From positions 15,972 through 79,971 of the forward strand of contig JAFGSF010000002.1 in NCBI GenBank assembly GCA_016934745.1: a DNA stretch of 64,000 nucleotides, read 5' to 3'. A model generated the notes under the pieces. That model searched no databases, was not told where the DNA came from, and worked only from the letters and a program-made list of their open reading frames with translations. This document shows positions 45,383-58,846 of the stretch, in pieces. The DNA comes from Candidatus Aminicenantes bacterium. GTDB taxonomy: Bacteria > Acidobacteriota > Aminicenantia > UBA2199. The position numbers were made by a program, and so were the translations under genes. Within the stretch, counting starts at the first letter, position 1, and each line of letters opens with the position of its first letter.

Positions 45383-47410
45383 ATGACCAAGACCATAAAA
45401 AGTTCTTTGAATTTGTCCCTGCCCGCCGAATTGCCTGGTAAAAAAGAATTTATCGCCGGCATTCGCCGCGCCCCGGATCGGGGCTTTTCCCTGACCCCTG
45501 CCCAGACTCAGATAGCCCTGAAAAACGCCCTGCGCTACATTCCCGAGACTTTGCATGAAGAGATCGCCCCCGAGTTTCTCGATGAATTGCTGACGCGCGG
45601 ACGCATCTACGGCTACCGTTACCGCCCCGAAGGCTCGCTGAAAGCCAAGGCCATCGACGACTATCCAGGCAGGATCGTCGAGGCCAGGGCTTTCCAGGTG
45701 ATGATCGACAACAACTTGGATTTCGATGTGGCCCTGTATCCCTACGAACTGGTGACCTACGGTGAGAGCGGACAGGTTTTCCAGAACTGGATGCAGTATC
45801 GGTTGGTCAAGCTCTACCTGCAGGAAATGACCGATCGCCAAACCCTGGTCGTTTATTCGGGCCATCCGCTTGGGTTGTTCGAGTCCCGCCCGGATGCGCC
45901 GAGGGTCATCTCGACCAACGGCATGCTGGTTGGCATGTACGACAACCTGGCCGGCTTTAGCCAGGCAGCGGCCATGGGGGTTTCCAACTACGGCCAGATG
46001 ACGGCCGGCGGCTGGATGTACATCGGTCCCCAGGGCATCGTCCACGGTACCTACCTCACCTTGCTCAATGCCGGGCGACTGTACCTGGGTATTCCCGCCC
46101 GGGAAAACCTGGCCGGCAAGGTCTACCTGAGTTCGGGGCTGGGTGGCATGAGCGGTGCCCAGGGCAAGGCTGTGGAAATCGCCGGCGGCATCGGCGTGCT
46201 GGCCGAGGTCGACGAATCGCGCATCCAGACCCGCTACAAGCAGGGTTGGGTCGGCAAGGTCTCCGCCGACCTCGATGAGATCGCCCGCTGGATCACAGAA
46301 TTCCGTAAATCTAAAAAGCCCATATCCATAGCCTATCACGGCAATGTCGTGGATCTCTGGCAATATATGCTGGATCACGGCATCCCCATTGAGCTGGCTT
46401 CGGACCAGACCTCCTGCCACGACGCCTATGGCGGCGGCTACACACCGGCCGGGATTTCATTCGCGGAAGGGCGGCGCCTGCTTCGTGAAAATCCCGAGCT
46501 TTTTCGCAAAAAAGTCGACGAATCATTGGTTTGTCAATTCCGCCTGATCCAAAAAATGGTGGCTCAAGGCACCCATTTCTGGGATTACGGTAATTCTTTT
46601 TTAAAGGCAGTTTTTGATGCCGGCGCTATCGATATCGCGGCCAACGGCATCGATCCCAGCGGTGGTTTCGTTTTTCCCAGTTATGTTGAACACATTATGG
46701 GTCCCCTGGGCTTCGATTTTGGCTACGGACCGTTTCGCTGGGTTTGCCTGAGCGGTCAGGTGCAAGATCTTGCCAGGACTGACCATGCGGCCATGTCCTG
46801 CCTTGATTCGGGACGGCGGGCCATGGACCGTGACAACTACGAATGGATCAAAAATGCCGCTAAAAACAGGCTGGTGGTCGGAACGCAGGCGCGTATCCTC
46901 TACGCCGATGCCGAGGGCCGGGTGGCGATCGCCCTGAAATTCAACGAATTGGTGCGCCGCGGCGAGATCGGTCCGGTCATGCTCGGCCGTGACCATCACG
47001 ATGTTTCCGGGACCGATTCGCCCTTTCGGGAAACGGCCAATATCCTTGATGGCAGCAATGTCACCGCCGATATGGCCGTGCACAACTTTGCCGGTGATGC
47101 CGCCCGCGGCATGTCCATGGTAGTACTGTCCAATGGCGGCGGCGTGGGCATCGGCAAGTCGTTCAACGGCGGTTTCGGGCTGGTACTGGACGGCAGCGAG
47201 GCCAAGGATCGCATTATTCGTTCAGCCATGGAGTGGGACGTGATGAACGGCATCGCCCGCCGCGCCTGGGCGCGCAACGAGAACGCCATGGAAACAGCCG
47301 CTACCTGGAACGAGCAACACCACGGCCGCGGCCATGTCACCCTGCCGCATCTGGCCGACGACACGCTGGTCAGCGACTTGGTCGAGAAGAAATTCCCTGA
47401 GGAAAAATAG
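45383..47410 (+). CDS. hutU: Urocanate hydratase (long form)
   Basis: YGQMTAGGWMYIGPQGIVHGT, GLGGMSGAQ, SDQTSCH, GPFRWV, GRDHHD. Confidence 0.95.
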   Translation: MTKTIKSSLNLSLPAELPGKKEFIAGIRRAPDRGFSLTPAQTQIALKNALRYIPETLHEEIAPEFLDELLTRGRIYGYRYRPEGSLKAKAIDDYPGRIVEARAFQVMIDNNLDFDVALYPYELVTYGESGQVFQNWMQYRLVKLYLQEMTDRQTLVVYSGHPLGLFESRPDAPRVISTNGMLVGMYDNLAGFSQAAAMGVSNYGQMTAGGWMYIGPQGIVHGTYLTLLNAGRLYLGIPARENLAGKVYLSSGLGGMSGAQGKAVEIAGGIGVLAEVDESRIQTRYKQGWVGKVSADLDEIARWITEFRKSKKPISIAYHGNVVDLWQYMLDHGIPIELASDQTSCHDAYGGGYTPAGISFAEGRRLLRENPELFRKKVDESLVCQFRLIQKMVAQGTHFWDYGNSFLKAVFDAGAIDIAANGIDPSGGFVFPSYVEHIMGPLGFDFGYGPFRWVCLSGQVQDLARTDHAAMSCLDSGRRAMDRDNYEWIKNAAKNRLVVGTQARILYADAEGRVAIALKFNELVRRGEIGPVMLGRDHHDVSGTDSPFRETANILDGSNVTADMAVHNFAGDAARGMSMVVLSNGGGVGIGKSFNGGFGLVLDGSEAKDRIIRSAMEWDVMNGIARRAWARNENAMETAATWNEQHHGRGHVTLPHLADDTLVSDLVEKKFPEEK

Positions 47411-47492
47411 TCCTGACAAAAACGATTGAATCATGGGCGGTTTTGCCGTATAATTGAGCTTGCTAGCTGACCGGAACAAGGAGAAAATGCCC

Positions 47493-49256
47493 ATGGGATT
47501 AGTTAAAAAAGGTAAGAATCTCTGGTTCTTTGAAGATCTCTATACTGATGCCACCTATGGTTTTCAAGTGTCGCAGGTGATCGTGCCCGAAACCGACACC
47601 GGCTTCCAGAAGCTGATGATCCTGGAGACCGACCGTTTCGGTCGGGTGCTGGTGCTGGACGGCATCGTGCAGTTGACCGAAGAAGACGAGGGCATCTATC
47701 ACGAATGGATCGCCCATTGGCCCATCTTTGCCCTGAACCGGCCGGCTAGGCACGTGCTGATCATCGGCGGCGGTGACTGCGGCGTGGCCCGGGAAGTGCT
47801 GCGCCACAAATCGGTTGAAAAAGTGACCATGGTCGAGATCGACCGCATGGTCTGCGACCTGTGTCGTGAGCATATGCCCGCCGTGTGCGAAGGTGTCTAC
47901 GAAGACCCCCGGTTTAAATTGATCATCGGCGACGGTGCCGAAGTGATCCGCCAGATGAAGGGCAAGTGCGACGTGATTGTTATCGATTCCACCGATCCGA
48001 TCGGTCCGGCCAAGAGTTTGTTCAACACCGATTTTTACCAGAGCGTCTATGACGCCTTGGTCGAAGGCGGCATCACCATCCACCAGACCGGGGCACTGAT
48101 CCTGCAGCCTTTCGAAGCGCCGGGAAGCTGGCGCCAGATCGAGCGTTCCTTTGACGACGTGCGCGTGGTGCAGTTTTCCAACGTCAGTTATATGGGCGGC
48201 CCTTTCAGTTTGACGGCCGGCTCCAAGGGCAAGGGCGTTTTCAAGAAAGCCGAGCGCAATGCCCAGAAAGCGTTCAAGAAAGCGGGGATCAGGACCAGTT
48301 GGTACTCGCCGCAGATATCGGCCGTTCCCTATCCCGAGTTCCAGAAGCGGCTGGAGACCGACAAGTACGGCGAAGAGATCGTCATGGACATCGAGCTCCC
48401 GGCCAACAGCCGGCCCAATGCCAGGCAGGTGTCCAAGTGGGCCCTGCAGACGTGCGATGCCATCAATATGTTGGCATTCGGCGAACCGATCTTTGCTGGC
48501 GACAAGCTGGTCGATGGCGAAACGCTGGTGCAATATGTCGAGACCAGCGCCATCAGCTACCGGCGCTACGGGCGGGCCGGAGTGCTCAACTGTTTCACCT
48601 GCGCCGCCCTGCCTGTGGAAGATGCCATCCGTTTTTCGCTTGAATACTTCAAGACTGGAAAAGCATTATGCTGGCACTTGCCGCGCGGGTCCTTTGCCGA
48701 CATAAAAAAAATTAGGCAAGGCACGCGGATTTTTGAATACGACTTGGCCCATGCCGGAATCTCCCGGGTATTCCAGCCGCGGTTAATCGAAAGCGCCGAG
48801 GCATTCAGCCGCGATTTTGGCTTTTTCAAGGAAAAGGGGCCTGAGCAATTTGAACTGATCCTGGACCTTTATAATTGCGACTATAGCAAAATATCCAGTT
48901 CGGCCGCCGTGGCCCGCTGGGCGGGAAGTGATTTTCCGAAAATCACCGGCCTTAAAGCGGTTGGGCAGGCTGACGCCCCCGATTTCGGTCATGCCAAAAA
49001 GAAGACGGCCGGTCCCTCGGTGGTGCAACTGCTTGAAGGCGGATCGAATATCAGCCATTATTCGGTCAATTGGCTTATGATTGTGGTCAATATCGTTTCC
49101 AAAAAGAGGTTTTCCCTGGAAAAAACCATCCGCCAGACCATGAAGTATTTCAAGGGGACGTATGCGGTTTGCTGGCTACTGCCCCGGGGGAACTCCGGGC
49201 AGCCCTTGAAGCAGGTGGCCGAAAACACTTTTATTTTTGCCGTAGAAGCCAAGTGA
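47493..49256 (+). CDS. speE: Spermidine synthase fused to two C-terminal AdoMet-decarboxylase-like domains
   Basis: LDG..Q, YHE, IGGGD.G..RE, VEID, DSTDP; then two ~110-aa repeats each ending LPRG; TTGAAT-17-TATAAT promoter (47426-47454) excludes the TTG start. Confidence 0.9.
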   Translation: MGLVKKGKNLWFFEDLYTDATYGFQVSQVIVPETDTGFQKLMILETDRFGRVLVLDGIVQLTEEDEGIYHEWIAHWPIFALNRPARHVLIIGGGDCGVAREVLRHKSVEKVTMVEIDRMVCDLCREHMPAVCEGVYEDPRFKLIIGDGAEVIRQMKGKCDVIVIDSTDPIGPAKSLFNTDFYQSVYDALVEGGITIHQTGALILQPFEAPGSWRQIERSFDDVRVVQFSNVSYMGGPFSLTAGSKGKGVFKKAERNAQKAFKKAGIRTSWYSPQISAVPYPEFQKRLETDKYGEEIVMDIELPANSRPNARQVSKWALQTCDAINMLAFGEPIFAGDKLVDGETLVQYVETSAISYRRYGRAGVLNCFTCAALPVEDAIRFSLEYFKTGKALCWHLPRGSFADIKKIRQGTRIFEYDLAHAGISRVFQPRLIESAEAFSRDFGFFKEKGPEQFELILDLYNCDYSKISSSAAVARWAGSDFPKITGLKAVGQADAPDFGHAKKKTAGPSVVQLLEGGSNISHYSVNWLMIVVNIVSKKRFSLEKTIRQTMKYFKGTYAVCWLLPRGNSGQPLKQVAENTFIFAVEAK

Positions 49257-49370
49257 ATTTTTCCCAATTTTAATGTCAATTCCTTGGAGATTACTGAAGA
49301 ATAATTAATTAACCTAATAAATCTGACAATAATGCACTAAATTAATTGTAACAATTCTATTATTAATTTG

Positions 49371-49399
49371 TTGACAAACATGTTATTTTAATTTATATT
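49371..49399 (+). promoter_or_regulatory. Sigma70-type promoter of dnaK
   Basis: TTGACA-17-TATATT in an AT-rich region. Confidence 0.6.
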
Positions 49400-49427
49400 A
49401 TTAATATTCAAATTTAAGGAGTGACAT

Positions 49428-51347
49428 ATGGGTAGAATAATAGGAATTGATTTGGGTACAACCAATTCGGCCGTGGCGATAATGGAAAAAGGTGATGTGA
49501 AGATCATTACCAATTCAGAAGGAGGGCGGACCACCCCGTCGGTTGTCGGTTTTACCAAGGACGGCGGGCGCCTGGTCGGCCAAGTGGCCAAAAGACAATC
49601 GATCACCAATCCGGAAAATACCGTCTATTCCATCAAGAGATTCATGGGCCGACGCATTTCCGAAGTCAAGGACGAGATTAAAATGGTCCCTTACAAAGTG
49701 GTCGGTGGTCCTAATGACGACGCCCGGGTCAGTATCGAGGGCAAGCAGTATTCGCCGCCCGAAATTTCGGCCTTGATCCTGCGGAAGCTCAAAGAAGCCG
49801 CTGAAGATTACCTGGGTGAAAAAGTCACGGAAGCGGTGATCACGGTCCCGGCTTATTTCAATGATGCCCAGCGCCAGGCTACCAAGGATGCAGGCAAGAT
49901 CGCCGGTTTGGAGGTCAAGCGCATTATCAACGAACCGACGGCGGCGGCCCTGGCTTACGGCATGGACAAGAAGAAAGACGAACTGATCGCTGTTTATGAT
50001 TTCGGCGGCGGAACTTTTGACATCTCGATTCTGGAGATCGGTGAAAATATCGTGGAAGTCAAATCCACCAATGGCGACACCCATCTGGGTGGCGACAACA
50101 TCGATCAGAGACTGATTGACTGGATTGCCGAAGAATTCAAAAAAGACCAGGGGATAGACTTGGCCAAGGATAAGATGGCCCTACAGCGCCTGAAGGAAGC
50201 TGCGGAGAAAGCAAAGATCGAGCTTTCGACAACCCAGGAAACTGAGATCAATCTGCCGTTCGTGACTGCCGATGCCTCGGGGCCCAAGCATCTGGTACTG
50301 AAGTTAAGCCGCTCCAAACTGGAACAGCTGGTAGGTGAAATAATCGAGCGTTCGATTGCCCCGTGCAAGCTGGCTATCAAGGATGCCGGGATTAGCGTGG
50401 CCGATATCAAGGAAGTCATTCTGGTCGGCGGCATGACCCGCATGCCATATATCCAGGAACTGGTCAAGAAGTTTTTTGGCCGCGAAGGTAACAAGAGCGT
50501 CAATCCCGATGAAGTCGTCGCCGCGGGTGCGGCAGTGCAGGGAGGCGTTCTGGGCGGTGAAGCCAAGGATATTTTGCTGCTCGACGTAACGCCGTTGTCC
50601 CTGGGCATCGAAACCTTGGGCGGCATCTCGCACAAACTGATTGAACGCAATACCACCATCCCGACAAAGAAAACCGATATTTTTACGACGGCTGAGGACA
50701 ATCAATCCACCGTTGAAATCCACGTGCTGCAGGGTGAAAGGGAAATGGCCCGCGACAACCGCACGTTGGGCAAGTTTCATCTAACCGGGTTGCCGCCGGC
50801 GCCACGCGGCGTCCCGCAAGTGGAAGTGACCTTTGACATCGATGCCAATGGCATCTTGAACGTTTCGGCCAAAGACCTGGCTACCAACAAGCAGCAAGCC
50901 ATTACCATCACCTCGTCAAGCGGCCTGAATGAAAAAGAAATAGACAAAATGGTTAAAGACGCTGAAAAATTCCGTGCCGAGGATCAACAGAAAAAAGATG
51001 CGATTGAAAACCGCAACAAGCTCGACCAGTTGTGTTACTCTTTGGAAAAACTGGTCAAGGAAAACAAGGATAAAATTCCCGAATCCATGGCCAGCGAAGT
51101 GGAGGCGGCTGTCACGCATGCCAAGGAAGTGGTGGAAAAGGGAGAGAATCAGCAGATCCTGGATGAAATTGAAAGCATGAACAAAGTGACCAGCAAGTTA
51201 TCCACTGAAATGTACAAGAGCGCCGGAGCGCAAAAAGAACCCCAACCCGGTCCCGATGCCGACCAAGGCCAAGAAGGCGATTCACCGGCCAATGAAGGTG
51301 AAGTCATTGACGCCGAGTTTGAAGATATCGGCAAAAACAAAAAATAA
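49428..51347 (+). CDS. dnaK: Chaperone DnaK
   Basis: [41 protein letters not shown]. Confidence 0.98.
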   Translation: MGRIIGIDLGTTNSAVAIMEKGDVKIITNSEGGRTTPSVVGFTKDGGRLVGQVAKRQSITNPENTVYSIKRFMGRRISEVKDEIKMVPYKVVGGPNDDARVSIEGKQYSPPEISALILRKLKEAAEDYLGEKVTEAVITVPAYFNDAQRQATKDAGKIAGLEVKRIINEPTAAALAYGMDKKKDELIAVYDFGGGTFDISILEIGENIVEVKSTNGDTHLGGDNIDQRLIDWIAEEFKKDQGIDLAKDKMALQRLKEAAEKAKIELSTTQETEINLPFVTADASGPKHLVLKLSRSKLEQLVGEIIERSIAPCKLAIKDAGISVADIKEVILVGGMTRMPYIQELVKKFFGREGNKSVNPDEVVAAGAAVQGGVLGGEAKDILLLDVTPLSLGIETLGGISHKLIERNTTIPTKKTDIFTTAEDNQSTVEIHVLQGEREMARDNRTLGKFHLTGLPPAPRGVPQVEVTFDIDANGILNVSAKDLATNKQQAITITSSSGLNEKEIDKMVKDAEKFRAEDQQKKDAIENRNKLDQLCYSLEKLVKENKDKIPESMASEVEAAVTHAKEVVEKGENQQILDEIESMNKVTSKLSTEMYKSAGAQKEPQPGPDADQGQEGDSPANEGEVIDAEFEDIGKNKK

Positions 51348-51364
51348 ATTTTATTTTCTCAAAA

Positions 51365-51399
51365 AAAGGGCAGTGGCCGTACTGCCCTTTGCTTTTTTT
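51365..51399 (+). terminator. Rho-independent terminator of dnaK
   Basis: AAAGGGCAGT-GGCCGT-ACTGCCCTTT followed by a T run. Confidence 0.85.
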
Positions 51400-51441
51400 G
51401 CCTGAATATGATAAATTTTATATACCACTTCAGGAGGTTCC

Positions 51442-52329
51442 ATGAAAAGAGTACTTTTTTCAGCAATTTTGCTGATAACACTGTTTTTTGCTTTTTGCAG
51501 TAAAAAAGTCGATCACCAAGGCGTAGACCTGCAAGTCAAACTGACTCCTGCATCGGTTACCGATTCTCTGTACCTCAAAATGGATTATATATTTAAAACT
51601 GAAAAGGAATTTAAAAAATTCAACACCGATTACAATGTATTTGTCCATTTCTGGCGGGTAAACAGCAAGGAAATGCTGATCCAGGACGACCATGTGCCTG
51701 TAAAACAAACCAGTAGCTGGGACCAGAACGAGCAAATAGAGTATTCCCGGGTTTTATTTATCCCTCAGTTTTTAAATGAATTTGATGTTGATTTTGAAGG
51801 GTATGAAGAAGTCAATCTGTCCATCGGCTTGTACAACCTGAAATCAGCCGGCAAGGAAAAACCGATTATCTTGTTTGAGAAAAAAATCAACATTCAACCG
51901 GCCTCATTCAATGCTCCGGAAATTGTGTATGATGAAGGCTGGAACGGACTTGAAATCGATGTCAATGCCAGTGATACATTTCACCGCAGTTGGCGCTGGA
52001 CCATGTCCAAAGCGGTTTGCATCATCGAGAATCCAAAAAAAGAGTGCACCTTGATTATCAAAGGCGGCGTGAGCAAAACGGTTTTTCCAGATCAGAAAGT
52101 CACTTTTAAAATCAATGATTCTTTACTTGAAGAATTTGTTCCCACTGACGCTTTGTTTTCACGGGAATATAGTATCAGCCCGGAGCAGATGGGCAACGGA
52201 GATGAATTTTTCCTGAAGATTGAAACCGATAAGGTTTTTATTCCGGCCAGGGTTTTTCCCGGAAGCAATGACAGCCGCGAACTCGGTTTGCAGATCTTTT
52301 TTGTTTATTTTCGCGAAAAGCTTGACTGA
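51442..52329 (+). CDS. Hypothetical exported protein or lipoprotein
   Basis: AGGAGG RBS; signal peptide with Cys (FAFC); VFVHF...DDH beta-rich domain. Confidence 0.7.
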   Translation: MKRVLFSAILLITLFFAFCSKKVDHQGVDLQVKLTPASVTDSLYLKMDYIFKTEKEFKKFNTDYNVFVHFWRVNSKEMLIQDDHVPVKQTSSWDQNEQIEYSRVLFIPQFLNEFDVDFEGYEEVNLSIGLYNLKSAGKEKPIILFEKKINIQPASFNAPEIVYDEGWNGLEIDVNASDTFHRSWRWTMSKAVCIIENPKKECTLIIKGGVSKTVFPDQKVTFKINDSLLEEFVPTDALFSREYSISPEQMGNGDEFFLKIETDKVFIPARVFPGSNDSRELGLQIFFVYFREKLD

Positions 52330-52362
52330 GGCTGCCGGGCATTTCAGGCATTGCCACAAAAA

Positions 52363-52578
52363 ATGAAGGACAGCGATCTCAAGGAACTCACGGCGGTTGA
52401 AGGCAGCATGGAAGCCGAAATCATCAAATCCAAGCTGGAAAGCTTTCAAATTCCTGTGTTGTTGAGGTTTGAGTCGGCTGGCCACATCTTCGGAATCACC
52501 ATGAACGGTCTGGGCAAAGTGAGCATCATGGTTCCGGAATCATTTTTGGAGGAAGCCAAAAAAATTTTGGCGGAATAA
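52363..52578 (+). CDS. DUF2007 family protein
   Basis: EAEIIKSKLES..IP...V.IMV.E...EEA..IL. Confidence 0.8.
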   Translation: MKDSDLKELTAVEGSMEAEIIKSKLESFQIPVLLRFESAGHIFGITMNGLGKVSIMVPESFLEEAKKILAE

Positions 52579-52597
52579 TTATTGCCCAGCCGGAAAA

Positions 52598-53359
52598 TTA
52601 CAATTTAAAGCGCTCGAACGCAGACGACAGATTAGCCGATTCCGCTTTGGCATTCAAATCGTATTTGATAATACTCAAGGAGATCATTTTATTTTGCACG
52701 GCCCAGATATCACTGCCCTCCAAGCCGTCATAATTTGGAGTGCCGGTTCCGGTCCAATAGTATTTGCGGCCGCGCGGGTCAAGCCTTTCAATGATATCGG
52801 GAGTATAGCGTTTGCTGCCCAGGGTGGTTACGGCAATTTGCCCATTGTTCGGGAAAGGGATATTCAGGTTATACACGACATTTTCGTGATTGTATGCGAG
52901 CAATTTATCAAGAATTTTGGCCGTGATTTCCGCTCCCGCTTTAAATTCAAATGGCTGTTGCTGGTGCTGGCCCAACCCGGCGATCAACGAAACGGCCAGA
53001 GATGGGATGCCATAAAGATACCCGCAAAAAGCTCCGCCCACTGTCCCGGAAAAAAATATATCTTCAGAAAGGTTTTCACCCAAGTTCATTCCAGAAACGA
53101 TGAAATCCGGTTTTGCGGGCAGAATTTTCTGCAGGGCGATATTGACGCAATCGGCCGTCGTGCCGTTGACGGCATATGAATCCGTTTCAATCTGGTTGAT
53201 ACGCAAGGGATGGTTTAAAGTCAGCGCCATGCTGATGGCGCTTTTTTCACGATCCGGAGCCACGATCCAAACCTGATATTTTTTTTCAAGGGCATCCTTT
53301 AAAGAAACAATTCCTTTCGAGTAAAAGCCATCGTCATTGGTTAATAATATGGTTTTCAT
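52598..53359 (-). CDS. surE: 5'/3'-nucleotidase SurE
   Basis: ILLTNDDG, VAP, GT.ADCV, SG.N.G.N, SGTV. Confidence 0.95.
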   Translation of the reverse strand: MKTILLTNDDGFYSKGIVSLKDALEKKYQVWIVAPDREKSAISMALTLNHPLRINQIETDSYAVNGTTADCVNIALQKILPAKPDFIVSGMNLGENLSEDIFFSGTVGGAFCGYLYGIPSLAVSLIAGLGQHQQQPFEFKAGAEITAKILDKLLAYNHENVVYNLNIPFPNNGQIAVTTLGSKRYTPDIIERLDPRGRKYYWTGTGTPNYDGLEGSDIWAVQNKMISLSIIKYDLNAKAESANLSSAFERFKL

Positions 53360-53379
53360 TTAAATGGTGGAAAATCAAG

Positions 53380-53454
53380 TCGGGGCGAGTGGATTCGAAC
53401 CACCGACCACACGCACCCCAAGCGTGTACGCTAACCAGACTGCGCTACGCCCCG
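53380..53454 (-). tRNA. tRNA-Pro(GGG)
   Basis: CGGGGCG/CGCCCCG stem, TT-GGG-GT loop, GGTTCGAATCC. Confidence 0.95.
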
Positions 53455-53460
53455 GCTCAT

Positions 53461-53832
53461 TCAGCTTTTATCATCTTTGGCGAGTAAAGTCAATATTTCG
53501 TCAAGGCCGCGGCGGATTCTCTTCACCTTTTCCTGACTGACAGACCCGGATTCCGATTCTTTGCGGCCAGTATCTATTTGGCCAAAATCTTGCAACAGCA
53601 TTTCCTTGATTTTGTTTTTATCATATTGCTCATGGCCAATCCACTCTTTTATTTTCAGGATGATTTCGACGTCATGGCGGCTGTAAAATATTTCACCGCT
53701 CTGGTTGGTGATGGGAGTGAAGGCTTTGAACTCCTTTTCCCAATAATCCAAAACTCGTCCGTCCAGTTTCGCCAGCTGCATCACTTCTTTGCGCCGAAAA
53801 GTGAGTTTTTCGGGGATGATAGTTTGGCTCAT
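53461..53832 (-). CDS. MerR family HTH protein
   Basis: EV......VLDYWEKEF...Y...D; position before tRNA-Pro(GGG) and surE is a familiar arrangement. Confidence 0.8.
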   Translation of the reverse strand: MSQTIIPEKLTFRRKEVMQLAKLDGRVLDYWEKEFKAFTPITNQSGEIFYSRHDVEIILKIKEWIGHEQYDKNKIKEMLLQDFGQIDTGRKESESGSVSQEKVKRIRRGLDEILTLLAKDDKS

Positions 53833-53837
53833 TTTTT

Positions 53838-57883
<4,046 letters not shown>

Positions 57884-57991
57884 GGTCATCGTATTATAGC
57901 AGATATAACGATTTTTATTCAAATCGGCCCCTGATAGAAACAGAGGAGCAGAGCGGTTGACTTTTTGGCGTCGAGGCGGTACTGTTTTTTC

Positions 57992-58840
57992 ATGAGCGGA
58001 AACGACAAGGAGTTCAAGCGTTATGTTTTTGCCGTCTCTGATGCCACCGGGAAAACATGCGAAACAGTGGTTCAGGCTGCTTTATCTCAATTCATTACCA
58101 CTCAAATAATCCTGGAAACATTTTCCAATGTCCGCACCTTGAAAAAAGTTTATTACATTTTGCAGCGGGCATCCAAGGTCAACGGCGTAATTATTTATAC
58201 AATGGCTTCTGCCAAACTGCGCCAGAAAATAACCGAGTTAGGCCGATTGAACGGAGTGCCCACCGTGGACATTCTGGGGCCCGTACTGACCCGTCTTTCT
58301 GATCTGCTGGAAATTTCACCCATGGCCAAGCCAGGGCTTTTCAGGCAGCTGGACAGCGATTATTTTAAACGCATCGAAGCGGTTGATTTTACCATCAAGC
58401 ATGATGACGGTTTAAGGATGGCCAGTATTGCCGCAGCAGAAATCGTCCTGCTCGGGGTTTCGCGTACATCGAAAACGCCGGTCAGTATTTATCTGTCGTA
58501 TCGAGGCTGGAAGGTGGCGAATGTTCCCATTCTTATTAATGAGGAACTGCCCAAAGAAATTTTTGAAATAGATCGAAAAAAAATCGTCGCCTTGACCATC
58601 AATCCCAGGCGTCTGGAAATGATTCGCTGCCAGAGACAACTGAAGATGAAAGCCGACTATTATTCCAATTATACCGACATCGAACATATTCGCCGGGAAG
58701 TTCTTTTTGCCATGCGCCATTTTGAAAGTCACCAGTGGCCGGTTTTAGACGTGACTTACAAATCCATCGAAGAAACCGCTACGGAAGTCATGCGCCTGGT
58801 TTATGCGCAGTCAGGTTTGAAAAAAGGAAATATTTTTTAA
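57992..58840 (+). CDS. PEP synthase/pyruvate phosphate dikinase regulatory kinase-pyrophosphorylase (DUF299)
   Basis: SDATG.T, YFKRIEA.DF..KHDDG, GVSRTSKTP, SIEETA. Confidence 0.92.
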   Translation: MSGNDKEFKRYVFAVSDATGKTCETVVQAALSQFITTQIILETFSNVRTLKKVYYILQRASKVNGVIIYTMASAKLRQKITELGRLNGVPTVDILGPVLTRLSDLLEISPMAKPGLFRQLDSDYFKRIEAVDFTIKHDDGLRMASIAAAEIVLLGVSRTSKTPVSIYLSYRGWKVANVPILINEELPKEIFEIDRKKIVALTINPRRLEMIRCQRQLKMKADYYSNYTDIEHIRREVLFAMRHFESHQWPVLDVTYKSIEETATEVMRLVYAQSGLKKGNIF

Positions 58841-58846
58841 TCCGGG

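Noticed and set aside
25713-53454. tRNAs as integration sites for an island
   Set aside because: I saw no integrase and no duplicated tRNA 3' end in the window.
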